A DNA stretch of 63,616 bases, the filler included. It is 6 parts of 6 records of this genome, joined end to end, with 100 filler letters (N's around TTAATTAATTAA, not from the genome) between each part and the next. Parts side by side here need not be neighbours in the genome. Positions count along the whole stretch, not along the records: positions 1 to 10,701 come from SRR31156797_45508; 5 more parts are not named here. The stretch is one strand, 5' to 3'. A model generated the notes under the pieces. The model ran no database searches, was not told the origin of the DNA, and saw only the letters and a list, made by a program, of their open reading frames with translations. Below are positions 1-9,914 of the stretch, piece after piece. The translations under genes were made by a program, and so were the position numbers. Each line of letters opens with the position of its first letter. Positions within the stretch are counted from its first letter, which is position 1.

Positions 1-1201
1 TGGCGCACAACAGCAGAACGGTCGGGATGAGATAGCTTTTGCGGATGCGCAGCACGTAGACGAACACCGGCGTCGTAAGAATGCCGAGGATCAGCAGGAA
101 GACGTTGGAGGCGAGGTATACGAGGAAAATGCCGCCGACGATCTGCGGTTCCTGTTCGAACAGGGTCGGACCCGGAAAAAAGCCCAGGATCAGCAGGGCG
201 CCGATGAGGACCGCCGAAGACGCGTCGCCGGGAATGCCCAGCGCCAGCGACGGCACAAGCGTACCGCCGACGGTGGCGTTGTTGGCGCTTTCGGTGGCGA
301 CGACGCCGCCCTCGGCACCTTCGCCGTATTTTTCCTCCGGCTTGGCTGCGGCCTTGGCTGCGGCATAGGAGGTAAAAGAACTGATGACCCCGCCGGCTCC
401 GGGCAACGATCCGAAAAAGGCACCGATGGCCGAAGATCGAAGCAGATTTTTCCAATGGCGAAGGGTGATGACGACGGAACCGAAGCTGGGCCGGACGACG
501 GCAATGTTGGGGCGGTCGAGCAGCCCCTTTTTCATGACCTGAAGGGCCATTTCGGATATGGCAAACAGGCCGACAACGACGGCGACGATGTGAAATCCGT
601 TGAGCATGTGATAGGAGCCGAACGTAAACCGGTAGCCGGTCGAAAATTCGTCCGTGCCGATGGTCGCCAGAAGCAGACCGAAGCAGCCGGTGATCAGGCC
701 TTTCAGCAGGGATCCTTCGGAAATGACGGCGATGGCGATCAGGCCGGTGATCGCCAGGGCGGTGTATTCGGGCGGCGCGAAACCACTGGCGAAATGAGCC
801 AGCAACGGAGCACACAGGATCAGCACCAAACCGCCGAACAACCCGCCCAGTGCGGATGCCGAAATGGCGATGCCGATGGCGTCCTTGGCGCGCCCCTTCT
901 GGGCCATTGGATAGCCGTCGAAAAGGGTCGCGGCGGCCAACGGCGTTCCCGGAATGCGCAGCAGGATGGCCGAGATCGACCCGCCGCAGGACCCGCCGAC
1001 GAATATGGCGATGAGGAAACCCATGGCGGCGATCGGCGGCAAGGTGATGGCCACCGGCAGCAACAGGATGATGCCCATGAGCGGGCCCAGCCCCGGCAAG
1101 GCACCAACCAGCAGGCCGAACAGGACACCGATCAGGGTCAGGCCGATCGCCTGTGGCGTGAAAAAAAGCTCGAAACCGGCGCCGAGAGAGTCAACCAACA
1201 T
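1..1201 (-). CDS. tctA: Tripartite tricarboxylate transporter large permease TctA (3' end outside window)
   Basis: Not in the ORF track because it has no stop in the window. Read by hand from ATG at 1201: MLVDSLGAGFELFFTPQAIGLTLIGVLFGLLVGALPGLG...GGSISAILLRIPGTPLAAATLFDGYPMAQKG, the TctA signature. Lies downstream of tctB and tctC. Confidence 0.93.
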   Translation of the reverse strand, partial: MLVDSLGAGFELFFTPQAIGLTLIGVLFGLLVGALPGLGPLMGIILLLPVAITLPPIAAMGFLIAIFVGGSCGGSISAILLRIPGTPLAAATLFDGYPMAQKGRAKDAIGIAISASALGGLFGGLVLILCAPLLAHFASGFAPPEYTALAITGLIAIAVISEGSLLKGLITGCFGLLLATIGTDEFSTGYRFTFGSYHMLNGFHIVAVVVGLFAISEMALQVMKKGLLDRPNIAVVRPSFGSVVITLRHWKNLLRSSAIGAFFGSLPGAGGVISSFTSYAAAKAAAKPEEKYGEGAEGGVVATESANNATVGGTLVPSLALGIPGDASSAVLIGALLILGFFPGPTLFEQEPQIVGGIFLVYLASNVFLLILGILTTPVFVYVLRIRKSYLIPTVLLLCA

Positions 1202-1277
1202 GCGGCGTTACACCCGGCCCCGTCCCGGGGCCTTCCTGCTTACCAACGGTTACAAAGGATTTCGGGATCACGTCGAA

Positions 1278-1772
1278 TTACCAGGCGATGTTCAGACCGA
1301 ACATCCCGCTCGGCAGAACGATCTTCAGATAGGCCTCGAAAAAATATGCCAGGGTAAATGAGATGCCGAGGCCGGCGAGCACCATTTCCATCGGTTTGCG
1401 CATGCCGCACAGCAGCATGACGGCGACGATCATGAACGGCGTCGACAAGTGGTAACCCAGGGTTCCGAGGGCATACAGATAGGCCGCGAAGATGATCAGA
1501 AGCAGCGCCGGCCGGCGCAGCGCGGCGAATGCGTAAACTTCGTTGTCGCCATTCGACGCCCGCCGGAACACCTCTATCGCCGCCTGAAGGGCAATCATGA
1601 TGCCGATAAGGATGGCGACGGCCTTGGGATAGGCCGCCGCATTGTCGTAGGGAGTGCCGGAAGCGATCCCCTGTTCGGCCATATCGGTATTGATCTGTTG
1701 GAAAACGACCGCGATCAGAACCACAAAAAAGACAATCGCGAGCCAAGCGGCATGTCTTTGGGCGATGGTCAC
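1278..1772 (-). CDS. tctB: Tripartite tricarboxylate transporter small permease TctB
   Basis: 164 aa with about 4 TM segments, C-terminal YLKIVLPSG motif, between tctC and tctA. Confidence 0.85.
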   Translation of the reverse strand: MTIAQRHAAWLAIVFFVVLIAVVFQQINTDMAEQGIASGTPYDNAAAYPKAVAILIGIMIALQAAIEVFRRASNGDNEVYAFAALRRPALLLIIFAAYLYALGTLGYHLSTPFMIVAVMLLCGMRKPMEMVLAGLGISFTLAYFFEAYLKIVLPSGMFGLNIAW

Positions 1773-1788
1773 GGCCGGATCCCTTCCA

Positions 1789-2784
1789 TTACTTACGTAG
1801 TTTCTTCAGCTCGTTTTCTTCCCAGGCAAGGGCGTTGCCCATTTCCGAGAGTTGTCCGGATACTGGGCCGACGATTTCTTCATACTTCGTATGGTCCCAA
1901 TCGAGAGGCACGAACCCGACTTTCTCGATCTGTTTGCGCACATCGTCGCGGTTCATGGCCGCTTTCATGGCAACCCGCAGCTTGTCGGTAACGTCGTCCG
2001 GCGTGTCCTTGCGGACCAACCACCATGTCCAGCCCATCGGCGCGAGCCCCGACAAGCCGAGGTCGATGCCGAGGTCGGCGATGCTGGTGGCACCATCGTA
2101 AGACGCCTTTGCACCGGGCAATTCCGAGAGGACGAGCAGAATATCGAAGCCTTCCTTGTCCTGCAAGTAACCGCCAACATTGACGAATGCGAAGTCGAGC
2201 ACGCCCGCCTTCAGGTCCTTGCGGCCGTCGGCGTCGGTCTTGTAGGGGATGTTCTGGGCGACGACACCATAAGATTGCAGCACTTTCGCCATGACCATGT
2301 GGGGCAGGTTGTTGCGCGACCCCGAGGTGTAGCGAAGCTTTCCGGGATGGGCCTTGCCGTAGGCCATCATTTCTTCGAAATTGCTCCAGCGCGTCTCGCC
2401 CGGACGGCTACCGATGGAAAAGGCGTTGGAAACGCCGGCATGCAGCGGCTTGAAATCCTTGTATGTCCAATCGGCCTTGCCGAGAACCGGCTGCAGGACC
2501 AGCGGCGCCACATAGCCGTCGAAAATGGTGTAGCCGTCGGCCGTCCGGCTCATCGCCGTCTTGAAGGCTTTCATTCCGGCGGCACCGGGGGTCGAAATGA
2601 CGGTGACCGATACGCCGAGTTCCTCGCCCATCCCCTTGGCGATGATCTGGCTGACCGACATGGCGGTGCCGGCGGTCCATGGAAAGATGTTCTCGATGGT
2701 GCGTTCGGGAAATTCGGCGTTGGCTATTCCCGGCCCGAATGTCAAAGCCGCAAGCGCCGTTGCAACAAAGGCTCGTTTCAACAT
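1789..2784 (-). CDS. tctC: Tripartite tricarboxylate transporter substrate-binding protein (Bug/TctC family)
   Basis: Signal peptide, then FPERTI..PW.AG, PGAAG and ADGYTI motifs; 331 aa. Confidence 0.88.
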   Translation of the reverse strand: MLKRAFVATALAALTFGPGIANAEFPERTIENIFPWTAGTAMSVSQIIAKGMGEELGVSVTVISTPGAAGMKAFKTAMSRTADGYTIFDGYVAPLVLQPVLGKADWTYKDFKPLHAGVSNAFSIGSRPGETRWSNFEEMMAYGKAHPGKLRYTSGSRNNLPHMVMAKVLQSYGVVAQNIPYKTDADGRKDLKAGVLDFAFVNVGGYLQDKEGFDILLVLSELPGAKASYDGATSIADLGIDLGLSGLAPMGWTWWLVRKDTPDDVTDKLRVAMKAAMNRDDVRKQIEKVGFVPLDWDHTKYEEIVGPVSGQLSEMGNALAWEENELKKLRK

Positions 2785-2787
2785 TTC

Positions 2788-4413
2788 CTATTCTCCCTGT
2801 CTGATATTCCGTTCAACAGCCGCCTCGGCCGGGTCCGCGTGAGCGGAAGCGGATTGGCGGTTCTTCAGTCCATAGTGTTTGTAGATTTCCTCGGGCGCGT
2901 CGTGGCGGACCAGATGCTCGACGATCAGTCCGCACAAACGCTCAATCGTAACCGCATCGTCGATCGGATTTTGCTGTCTGGGATCGGTCGAAAGATCGAA
3001 CAGGCAGGAACCCTGTCCCCAGTTGGCGACGCAGTCCAGACCGGTTTCACCGACGTCGGGGCTCATGTCGATCTTCATCAAAGGGGCGCCCTTGGTGAAA
3101 TCGAACGGACCGGCCAATTGCACCGATTTCATTTCGTCGACGGTAAACATCGTCGACATGTGTGCCGGCATCTGCGTGTAAAGCGGGAGGGGCTCTCCGT
3201 CAGGCTCAACAGGAAACCGGTAGTAGGAATAACGCCCGTCGGTCACACAGATCGGCCCGGCGAACATGCCGAGTATCGCGCTTTGACGAGTGGAGAGCCC
3301 CCCCCTGAGTAGGTCGGAGAGGGTGTGGGCGGTAACTTCGCTTGGTGTTTCGATCCCGTAGAAATCGAGGATGGTCGGCATCAAATCGGTGGTCTGGGTC
3401 AGGGCTTCGGTCCGCGTTCCGCTGCGCGCACCCATTTCCGGGTGCCAGATCATCAGCGGAATGTGCGAGATCTCTTCGTAGTAGGGCATCCTGTTTTTCG
3501 CCCACCATTCATGCTCGCCCAGCATGTAGCCATGGTCGGTGGTCAGGATCACGGTCGTGTTCGACCAGGCGTCCTCGCGGTCTAGCCAGTCCAGGAGTCG
3601 CCCGAAATATTCGTCGCACATGGAAACCAGCGATGCGTAGTTGGCCCGGATTTCGGCGATTTCGGCAGGTGAATCCGATACCTTTTCATACAGCGGCCAA
3701 TCGAGAACCTTGCCGTTGTAGCCGGTCTGGTAGGGCTCCTTGAACCGGGCCGGGGCCGAGAACGGTTCGTGCGGATCGAAACATTCGATCTGCAGGAACC
3801 AGTCGTCGGCCGACTTGTTCAATTCCAGGAAATCGAATGCGGCGGAAAAACACTTCGCCGTCGGATAGCTGCCCTCGGATTCCATGAACAGCGTATTGAC
3901 AGCGTGGCGTGAACGCCGCCAGGCGGCCTTGTCCGTATTGCCGCGGGTGATCGTTCGGCCGTTGGCCAGATCCTCCATGGGATAATGACGCTCGTCGAAC
4001 TCCTGGCACAACCGGTCCACCGGCGGCCGGACCAAGGCCTTGACGGTGTCGTATTCCTGGCCGCGGATGAAGTCCCAACTGTCGAAGGCGTTGGCGTAGC
4101 CCCAGCCGCCGTTTTCGAAATAGTGCAGATGGTCGGAAACCAGGTGGGAATAGATGCCGTTCTCGCTCAGCAGACTGACAAACGAATTGTCGAACGGTTC
4201 AAGCGGCCCCCATGGGCGGTGCATGAAATTCAGCCGCCCCGTATGCATGTCGCGCCGCGCCGGCATGCACGGCAGCGAGCCGACATAGTGCCGGTCGAAG
4301 GTCATTGCCTTTTTCGCGAAGCGGTCGAAATTAGGCGTCGCCACCGAGGTGCCGCCATAACTTCCAAGCGCCTTGCGATTAAGCGAATCGAACAGGACGA
4401 AAATCGTTCTCAT
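2788..4413 (-). CDS. Cys-type (formylglycine) sulfatase / alkaline phosphatase superfamily hydrolase
   Basis: CMPAR (CxPxR) motif, DPHEP and TTDHG metal ligands. Probable start MRTIFVLFDS at 4413. No signal peptide. Confidence 0.9.
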   Translation of the reverse strand: MRTIFVLFDSLNRKALGSYGGTSVATPNFDRFAKKAMTFDRHYVGSLPCMPARRDMHTGRLNFMHRPWGPLEPFDNSFVSLLSENGIYSHLVSDHLHYFENGGWGYANAFDSWDFIRGQEYDTVKALVRPPVDRLCQEFDERHYPMEDLANGRTITRGNTDKAAWRRSRHAVNTLFMESEGSYPTAKCFSAAFDFLELNKSADDWFLQIECFDPHEPFSAPARFKEPYQTGYNGKVLDWPLYEKVSDSPAEIAEIRANYASLVSMCDEYFGRLLDWLDREDAWSNTTVILTTDHGYMLGEHEWWAKNRMPYYEEISHIPLMIWHPEMGARSGTRTEALTQTTDLMPTILDFYGIETPSEVTAHTLSDLLRGGLSTRQSAILGMFAGPICVTDGRYSYYRFPVEPDGEPLPLYTQMPAHMSTMFTVDEMKSVQLAGPFDFTKGAPLMKIDMSPDVGETGLDCVANWGQGSCLFDLSTDPRQQNPIDDAVTIERLCGLIVEHLVRHDAPEEIYKHYGLKNRQSASAHADPAEAAVERNIRQGE

Positions 4414-4501
4414 TGGCTTTGATGCGCCTTCCCGTGAATTATTTCGTTGAAAAAATAGACCCATTCCTAGAAATTCGAAAAATGAAAAATTACCCCTTTA
4501 T

Positions 4502-4520
4502 CCATAGAGGTTTTGAATGG
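4502..4520. promoter_or_regulatory. LysR-type T-N11-A recognition box overlapping the lysR start codon
   Basis: CCAT-AGAGGTTTTGA-ATGG interrupted palindrome between the divergent sulfatase and LysR genes. Confidence 0.55.
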
Positions 4521-5407
4521 ATAGAAACCTGCTCGCCTTGCTCGTGATCGCCGAGACCGAGAACATCACCGCCGCCGCCAACCGTCTCAACATCACCCAG
4601 CCGACCTTGACGAAACGGTTGCACCAACTTGAAGAAATCTTTGATTGCAGGCTGGTCGAACGCCTTCCGCGCGGCGTCAAGCTGACCCGGTTCGGCGATC
4701 GTCTTCTGCTGCACGCAAAACGCATCGAGCACGAATACCTTCAGGCCTTCGAGGACATAAAATCCATCAAATCCCGACACCTCGAAGAACTTCGGGTCGG
4801 CGCCGGGCCGCTCTATCACATGCGGTATCTGGGACCGGCGTTCAGCCAGCTCAAAAAGGAATTTCCCGATACCGCCCTGCAGTTGACGGCCGGCAACAAC
4901 CCGCAGAATTTACCGAGGCTGCGGGCCGGAGATCTGGATCTGTTTTTCGGGATCATGGAGCCCTTGGAAAGCGGCGATTCAATCCGGTTTCAACGCATCA
5001 CGACGGTCGAGCACGGCCTCGCCATCAATCACAAGAACCCCCTGGCGAAACGTGCCAGCATCGATGTCCGGGAGGTCGAGGGCACATCCTGGATCATCTA
5101 CAGCGATACGCTGGAGAGCGAACATCTGGTTCCGGCCTATTTCGAATCGCTGGGATTGCCGTTGCCGAAAATCGCCCTCATCACGTCGTCCTTTGCATTG
5201 GGTCTGCAACTGGTTGCGGAAAGCGACTTTGTCATGACCCTGCCGATCCAACTGGAAACGATCCTGAATGATGACAGGGTGCAGGTGGTCCGAACCGTTC
5301 CGCCGATCTCGCGCCGGCCGTCGGGGGCCTATATCCGGCATTCGTCGGTCGACTTTCCGGCGATCCGACGGCTGATCGAAATCGTCGACGAGGCGGCCGA
5401 CGAATAG
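4517..5407 (+). CDS. LysR-family transcriptional regulator
   Basis: N-terminal HTH (NITAAANRLNITQPTLTKRLHQLE...RGVKLT), 296 aa, divergent from the sulfatase-tct operon. Confidence 0.95.
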   Translation: MDRNLLALLVIAETENITAAANRLNITQPTLTKRLHQLEEIFDCRLVERLPRGVKLTRFGDRLLLHAKRIEHEYLQAFEDIKSIKSRHLEELRVGAGPLYHMRYLGPAFSQLKKEFPDTALQLTAGNNPQNLPRLRAGDLDLFFGIMEPLESGDSIRFQRITTVEHGLAINHKNPLAKRASIDVREVEGTSWIIYSDTLESEHLVPAYFESLGLPLPKIALITSSFALGLQLVAESDFVMTLPIQLETILNDDRVQVVRTVPPISRRPSGAYIRHSSVDFPAIRRLIEIVDEAADE

Positions 5408-5436
5408 CCAGCACCGAAAGCGTCCGGATGGCGGCG

Positions 5437-6663
5437 CTAGGCGAAATCGTCGACGGCCGATTTCAGGATGTCGACGGCGAGGCCGAGATCGGCCTCGGAT
5501 ATGGTCAGCGGCGGCGACAGGCAAAGAAAGCGGCCTTCGGAAGTCCCGATATGCAGGCCCAGTTCGAAGCTGGCTTTTTTCAAAACGCCCAGGACGGACG
5601 GTGCGGCGACCTCGACGGCAATCAACAAACCGATGCCGTGTACGCCGATGAACGCCGGCGACGAGTCGGCTAAGTCGCGAAGTGCGCCGAGAATGGCGGC
5701 CCCCTTGCGAGCCGCGACTGCGACGAGATCTTCGTCGTCGATAATATCGAGGGTGACCAGCCCGGCGCGGGCGAGCAGCGGATTTTTCTGGTGCGTGTAA
5801 TGGCCGATGGCAAGATGTCCGGACAAGTTAAGGTCGTCGCGGGCGATCAGCGCCGATAGCGGGACGGCGCCGCCGCCCAGTGACTTGCCGAGCACGGTCA
5901 TATCCGGTGCCGCATCGAAATGCTGGCTGGCGAACAGCCGACCGGTTTTGCCAAGGCCGGTCGGCACCTCATCGAAAATCAGCAGGGTTCCGTTGGCATC
6001 GCAGAGGCGGCGCAAATCCGGCCAGAACCAGTCCGGCGGGATGTGTGGCGTCGAGCGGATCGGTTCGGCCAGGAAGCAGGCAAAATCACCCTCCTCAAGG
6101 TGGCGGCGGATCGCGGCCAGGGCGGTGCGAGCCGTTTGTTCCGGGTTCTCGTCCGGCCGGCGCGGCCAGAAGGGCGGGACGTGAAAACAACCGGAGAATT
6201 CCGGGAAGCCGAAACGTTCCGACGGTCGCCCGCCGGCCCAGACGGCACCCAGCGCCGCGCCGTGCCAGCTGTCCTCGAAGGCCAGGGTCTTTTTGCGGCC
6301 GGTTGCGACATAGGCCAGCTTGAGCGCCATTTCGATGGCATCCGCGCCGGACAGCCCGAACAGAACCCGCCCCCTGCCGTAGGGCCAAAGTTTGGACAGG
6401 CGTTCGGCCAAAGCGACGGCGGGTTCGTTGGTGAAGCCGCGCGGCACGAAGGGCAGGCAATCGAGCTGATCCTTGAGCGCCGCGATCAGGCGCGGGTGCC
6501 GGTATCCGATGTTGTGGCAGGTGTTGCCCTGGAAATCCATGAACCGGTGGCCGTTCGCATCCTCGGCCCAAGCCCCGTCGACGGATTTGAAGGTCTTGTC
6601 GACCGGGGTCGATCCGACCTGATGCAGAAACGAAGACGCATCGCGTTCGATCAGTCCGCTCAT
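5437..6663 (-). CDS. Class III PLP-dependent enzyme, PbfA-like (possible 1-hydroxy-2-aminoethylphosphonate ammonia-lyase)
   Basis: DEVPTGLGKTG and LGKSLGGG (PLP Lys). FLHQ..STP, MDF.GN..H..GY.HP, LPF.PR.FTNE and GHYTH.K.P segments match my recollection of PbfA. ATGA overlap with the permease gene. Confidence 0.7.
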   Translation of the reverse strand: MSGLIERDASSFLHQVGSTPVDKTFKSVDGAWAEDANGHRFMDFQGNTCHNIGYRHPRLIAALKDQLDCLPFVPRGFTNEPAVALAERLSKLWPYGRGRVLFGLSGADAIEMALKLAYVATGRKKTLAFEDSWHGAALGAVWAGGRPSERFGFPEFSGCFHVPPFWPRRPDENPEQTARTALAAIRRHLEEGDFACFLAEPIRSTPHIPPDWFWPDLRRLCDANGTLLIFDEVPTGLGKTGRLFASQHFDAAPDMTVLGKSLGGGAVPLSALIARDDLNLSGHLAIGHYTHQKNPLLARAGLVTLDIIDDEDLVAVAARKGAAILGALRDLADSSPAFIGVHGIGLLIAVEVAAPSVLGVLKKASFELGLHIGTSEGRFLCLSPPLTISEADLGLAVDILKSAVDDFA

Positions 6664-8735
6664 GCCGCCACCGCCCGTCGTTGTCCGGGATCGCTAAGCG
6701 AGACGGGTCCATAGCGGTTGATCAGCGCCATACCGCCCATGACCGCGAAAACGATGAGCAGAATGGTGACGCTCATGGCGCAGGCGATGCCGTAGTAGGA
6801 AACGCTGGCGGTATGGAATATCGCCACCGAGGCGAGGTCGATATCGGGACCCTGCAAGAAGACCACCGCCGAAAAGGTGCACATGCCGTCGACGAAGACA
6901 TAGAGCGTGCCAAGCAAAGCGGCGCGGCGCATCATCGGCAGCGTCACCTGGGTGAAGCGCTGGGTCAGCGACGCCCCCAGAATTTCCGCCGCCTCGTCGA
7001 CCGAGCGGTCGAGTCGCCGAAGCATGGCGCGGCCGGCCAGCACGCCGACGAAAACATTGCCGAACAGGATATTGAGCACCAGGATCGAATGGGTGCCGTT
7101 GAGCGACAGCGACTTGACGCCGAACGGATTGTTGAAGGCAACCAGATAACCGATGCCGAAAACGACGCCGGGCAGGATGGCCGGCAAAAGAACGGTGAAG
7201 GTTATCGCTTCGCTGGCCCAACCGCGAGCCCGTTCGGCCAGATAGGCGATGGCGACGGCAAGCAGGCCGCCCAGCGGCGCCGCCACCAGCACCACGCGCA
7301 GACTGGTCCATACCGGTTCGACCCCAACATATTCGGAAACGAATCCGGCGACCGCGTCGACCGATGTGTAATGGTGTGGCGTGAAGGTGAAATCCTGGCC
7401 CCACAGGCGGACGAAGGAGCCGACCAGGATGGTGCCGTAGATGACCGCCGTGAAGCCGATGACCGACCAAGCGAAGGCGGTGAGGGCGACGCGGGCGCGG
7501 GCCGGCAGGGGAATTTCGGAGTGAACCGATTCGGCCGTTTCGAATCGTTTGCGGCGCCCCAGGCGACTGAGCATGGCATAGACGCACATCGCCGGCACGA
7601 TCAGCCAGACGGCGATGGCCGAGGACAACGGCGTATTGTGGAAGCCGATCATTTCGTCGTACAGCACACCGGCCAGCACCGGCATGTCCTTGCCGATGAC
7701 CAGGGGATTGCCGAAATCGGTCATCGACATGATGAAGACCAGGGTGGCGGCACGGATCAGGCCGGGCTGGGCCATCGGCAGGGTGACATGGACGAAGGTC
7801 TGCCAGGCGCTCGCGCCCTGCACCGCCGCCGCTTCTTCCAGGCGGCCGTCCTGTTTCGACAGCACGTTGTCGAGAACAATGAAGGCGGGCGGCAGGAAAG
7901 ACAGGATCTGCGCCAGGATGACGCCTGATACGCCATACATGTTGGTGATACCGGCGTCGATCAGGCCCATTTGATCGTCGAGCAGGCCCTTGGTAACGAT
8001 GCCGTTGCGGCCGAACAGAAGGATCGCGGCGGTGGCGATGACGACCGGCGGCGAGACCAGCGGAATCAATACGCCGTAGCGGGTCAGTTCGGCGCCGCGG
8101 ATACCGCGGCGGTTGACGCCAAACGCGATAAGAAACGCGATCAGCGGCGTCGTCGCGGTGGCAATGGAAGCCAGCATCAGGGAATTGCCGGCAGCGTTGC
8201 GCAGCCGTTCCTCGCCGAGCACGGCAAAATAATGATCGAAACCATAGGACTTTCGCTTGCCGGAGCGCAGGGCGTCGAATTTGGCCTTGCTCAAATGCGC
8301 CTTGACCTGAAACGCCAGGGGAATGCGTTTGTGCAGCATGACGAAGCAAACCGGCAAATCGGCATCAATGCGGGCCCGTTGATCGGCGGCGAGCGCGTCG
8401 CCGGCCGCCTCGGCGGCCAGGATCTGATCGTCGAACGACGCCGCACGGTCCCAGGGCACCGGCAGGCCGTTCAACTCCAGGGCCGCCGCGAAAGCCTCCA
8501 TGTTCTGCCGCGGATTGGCCTTCGCCACCCAGCGATCGACCATCGGCCGACGGCGTTCGGGCGGGATCAGGTCCAGAGCCGCCACGGTCATTTCGTGCAA
8601 GGCCGAAACCGGCGCCGGTTCGGTGACCTCGAGGCTGCGCAACAGCATGGCGCCGATCGGCACGGCAATGAAAACGAAGACCAGACCGCCGATTACCGCC
8701 ATCGCAAACCGGGTCGGCAGATGGCGCCTGCCCAT
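6660..8735 (-). CDS. ABC transporter permease, double-domain Fe3+/2-aminoethylphosphonate type, with a large extramembrane insertion
   Basis: Two EAA loops (LEEAAAVQGAS; VDEAAEILGAS), MTDFGNPLVIG. Probable start MGRRHL at 8735 (TGATG coupling with the ATPase stop). Confidence 0.9.
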   Translation of the reverse strand: MGRRHLPTRFAMAVIGGLVFVFIAVPIGAMLLRSLEVTEPAPVSALHEMTVAALDLIPPERRRPMVDRWVAKANPRQNMEAFAAALELNGLPVPWDRAASFDDQILAAEAAGDALAADQRARIDADLPVCFVMLHKRIPLAFQVKAHLSKAKFDALRSGKRKSYGFDHYFAVLGEERLRNAAGNSLMLASIATATTPLIAFLIAFGVNRRGIRGAELTRYGVLIPLVSPPVVIATAAILLFGRNGIVTKGLLDDQMGLIDAGITNMYGVSGVILAQILSFLPPAFIVLDNVLSKQDGRLEEAAAVQGASAWQTFVHVTLPMAQPGLIRAATLVFIMSMTDFGNPLVIGKDMPVLAGVLYDEMIGFHNTPLSSAIAVWLIVPAMCVYAMLSRLGRRKRFETAESVHSEIPLPARARVALTAFAWSVIGFTAVIYGTILVGSFVRLWGQDFTFTPHHYTSVDAVAGFVSEYVGVEPVWTSLRVVLVAAPLGGLLAVAIAYLAERARGWASEAITFTVLLPAILPGVVFGIGYLVAFNNPFGVKSLSLNGTHSILVLNILFGNVFVGVLAGRAMLRRLDRSVDEAAEILGASLTQRFTQVTLPMMRRAALLGTLYVFVDGMCTFSAVVFLQGPDIDLASVAIFHTASVSYYGIACAMSVTILLIVFAVMGGMALINRYGPVSLSDPGQRRAVAA

Positions 8736-9865
8736 CAGACCAACTCCCTGACCTTGGGTGCGACAGGGGCTGCCGGGACGTCGGGGATTTCGGAATCGCC
8801 GGAACCGTCGGGAGCGCCCGGAAACACCGAAGCCAGTCCGGCCCGAACGGTCCAGGCGACCGGAGCCCCCGGATCGAGCGGCCGGTTCAACCAATCGACG
8901 GTCGGCACATCGGCTGCCATGCTGCATTCGCCGAGGGTTCCCAGGGTCAGTCGCACCGTTTGCCCGAGGAAGGAAATGTCGCGCAGGACCGCCGGCACAC
9001 CGCCGTTGCCGGGCGCCACCAGATCGACATGTTCGGGCCGTAACGACAGGGTCGCATTTCCGCCGGTCATACCATTTCCCGGATTGCGCACCGGCAGCGA
9101 AACGCCACCGATTTCGACCCGACCGTTATCCAACACGGTGCACGGAAGGCTGTTGCTGGTGCCGACGAAATGGGCGACGAACCGGTGGGCCGGCTGCAGG
9201 TAGATTTCAATCGGCGAGCCGACCTGCAACAGACGGCCCTTTTCCATGATGGCGACGCGATCGGAGATCGACAGCGCCTCTTCCTGGTCATGGGTGACAT
9301 ATACCGCCGTAATGCCGAGGGTTTCGACGATGCGGCGGATTTCGACCCGAAGATGGGCACGGATCTTGGCATCCAGCGCCGACAGGGGTTCGTCCAGCAG
9401 CAGGATGGACGGGTGCGAGGCCAGCGCCCGGGCCAGGGCGACCCGCTGCTGCTGGCCGCCAGACAATTCGTGGGGGTAGCGTCCGGCCAGGCCGTCCAGG
9501 CCCATCATCGCGCACAGTTCGGCAACCCGGCCGGCGATCTCGGCCTTCGGCTTGCGCTTCAGTGCGAGCGAGAAACCAATGTTCTGGCCGACAGTCTTGG
9601 TCGGGAAAAGGGCGTAGCTCTGGAAGACGAAGCCGACGTTGCGCCGGTTCGGCCGCAGGTCGCCGACCGGTTTTCCGTCAAGGTGGACCTGTCCCTTGTC
9701 GGCATCGACGAAGCCGGCGGCGATGCGCAGCAGGGTCGTCTTGCCGCAACCGCTGGGACCGACCAGCGAGCAGAACTCGCCGGCGGCGATGTCGAGATCC
9801 ACCGCGTCGACGGCGATGGTCGAACCGAACCGTTTGTGGATATTGCGAAAGGCGATAGCGGCCAT
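8735..9865 (-). CDS. ABC transporter ATP-binding protein (PotA/FbpC-like)
   Basis: [24 protein letters not shown]-terminal TOBE-like region. Probable start MAAIAF at 9865. Confidence 0.95.
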   Translation of the reverse strand: MAAIAFRNIHKRFGSTIAVDAVDLDIAAGEFCSLVGPSGCGKTTLLRIAAGFVDADKGQVHLDGKPVGDLRPNRRNVGFVFQSYALFPTKTVGQNIGFSLALKRKPKAEIAGRVAELCAMMGLDGLAGRYPHELSGGQQQRVALARALASHPSILLLDEPLSALDAKIRAHLRVEIRRIVETLGITAVYVTHDQEEALSISDRVAIMEKGRLLQVGSPIEIYLQPAHRFVAHFVGTSNSLPCTVLDNGRVEIGGVSLPVRNPGNGMTGGNATLSLRPEHVDLVAPGNGGVPAVLRDISFLGQTVRLTLGTLGECSMAADVPTVDWLNRPLDPGAPVAWTVRAGLASVFPGAPDGSGDSEIPDVPAAPVAPKVRELV

Positions 9866-9914
9866 GATCGGAAAGGGGGCCGGCGGTGGCATCCCGCCGC
9901 CGGCCCGGCATCCT

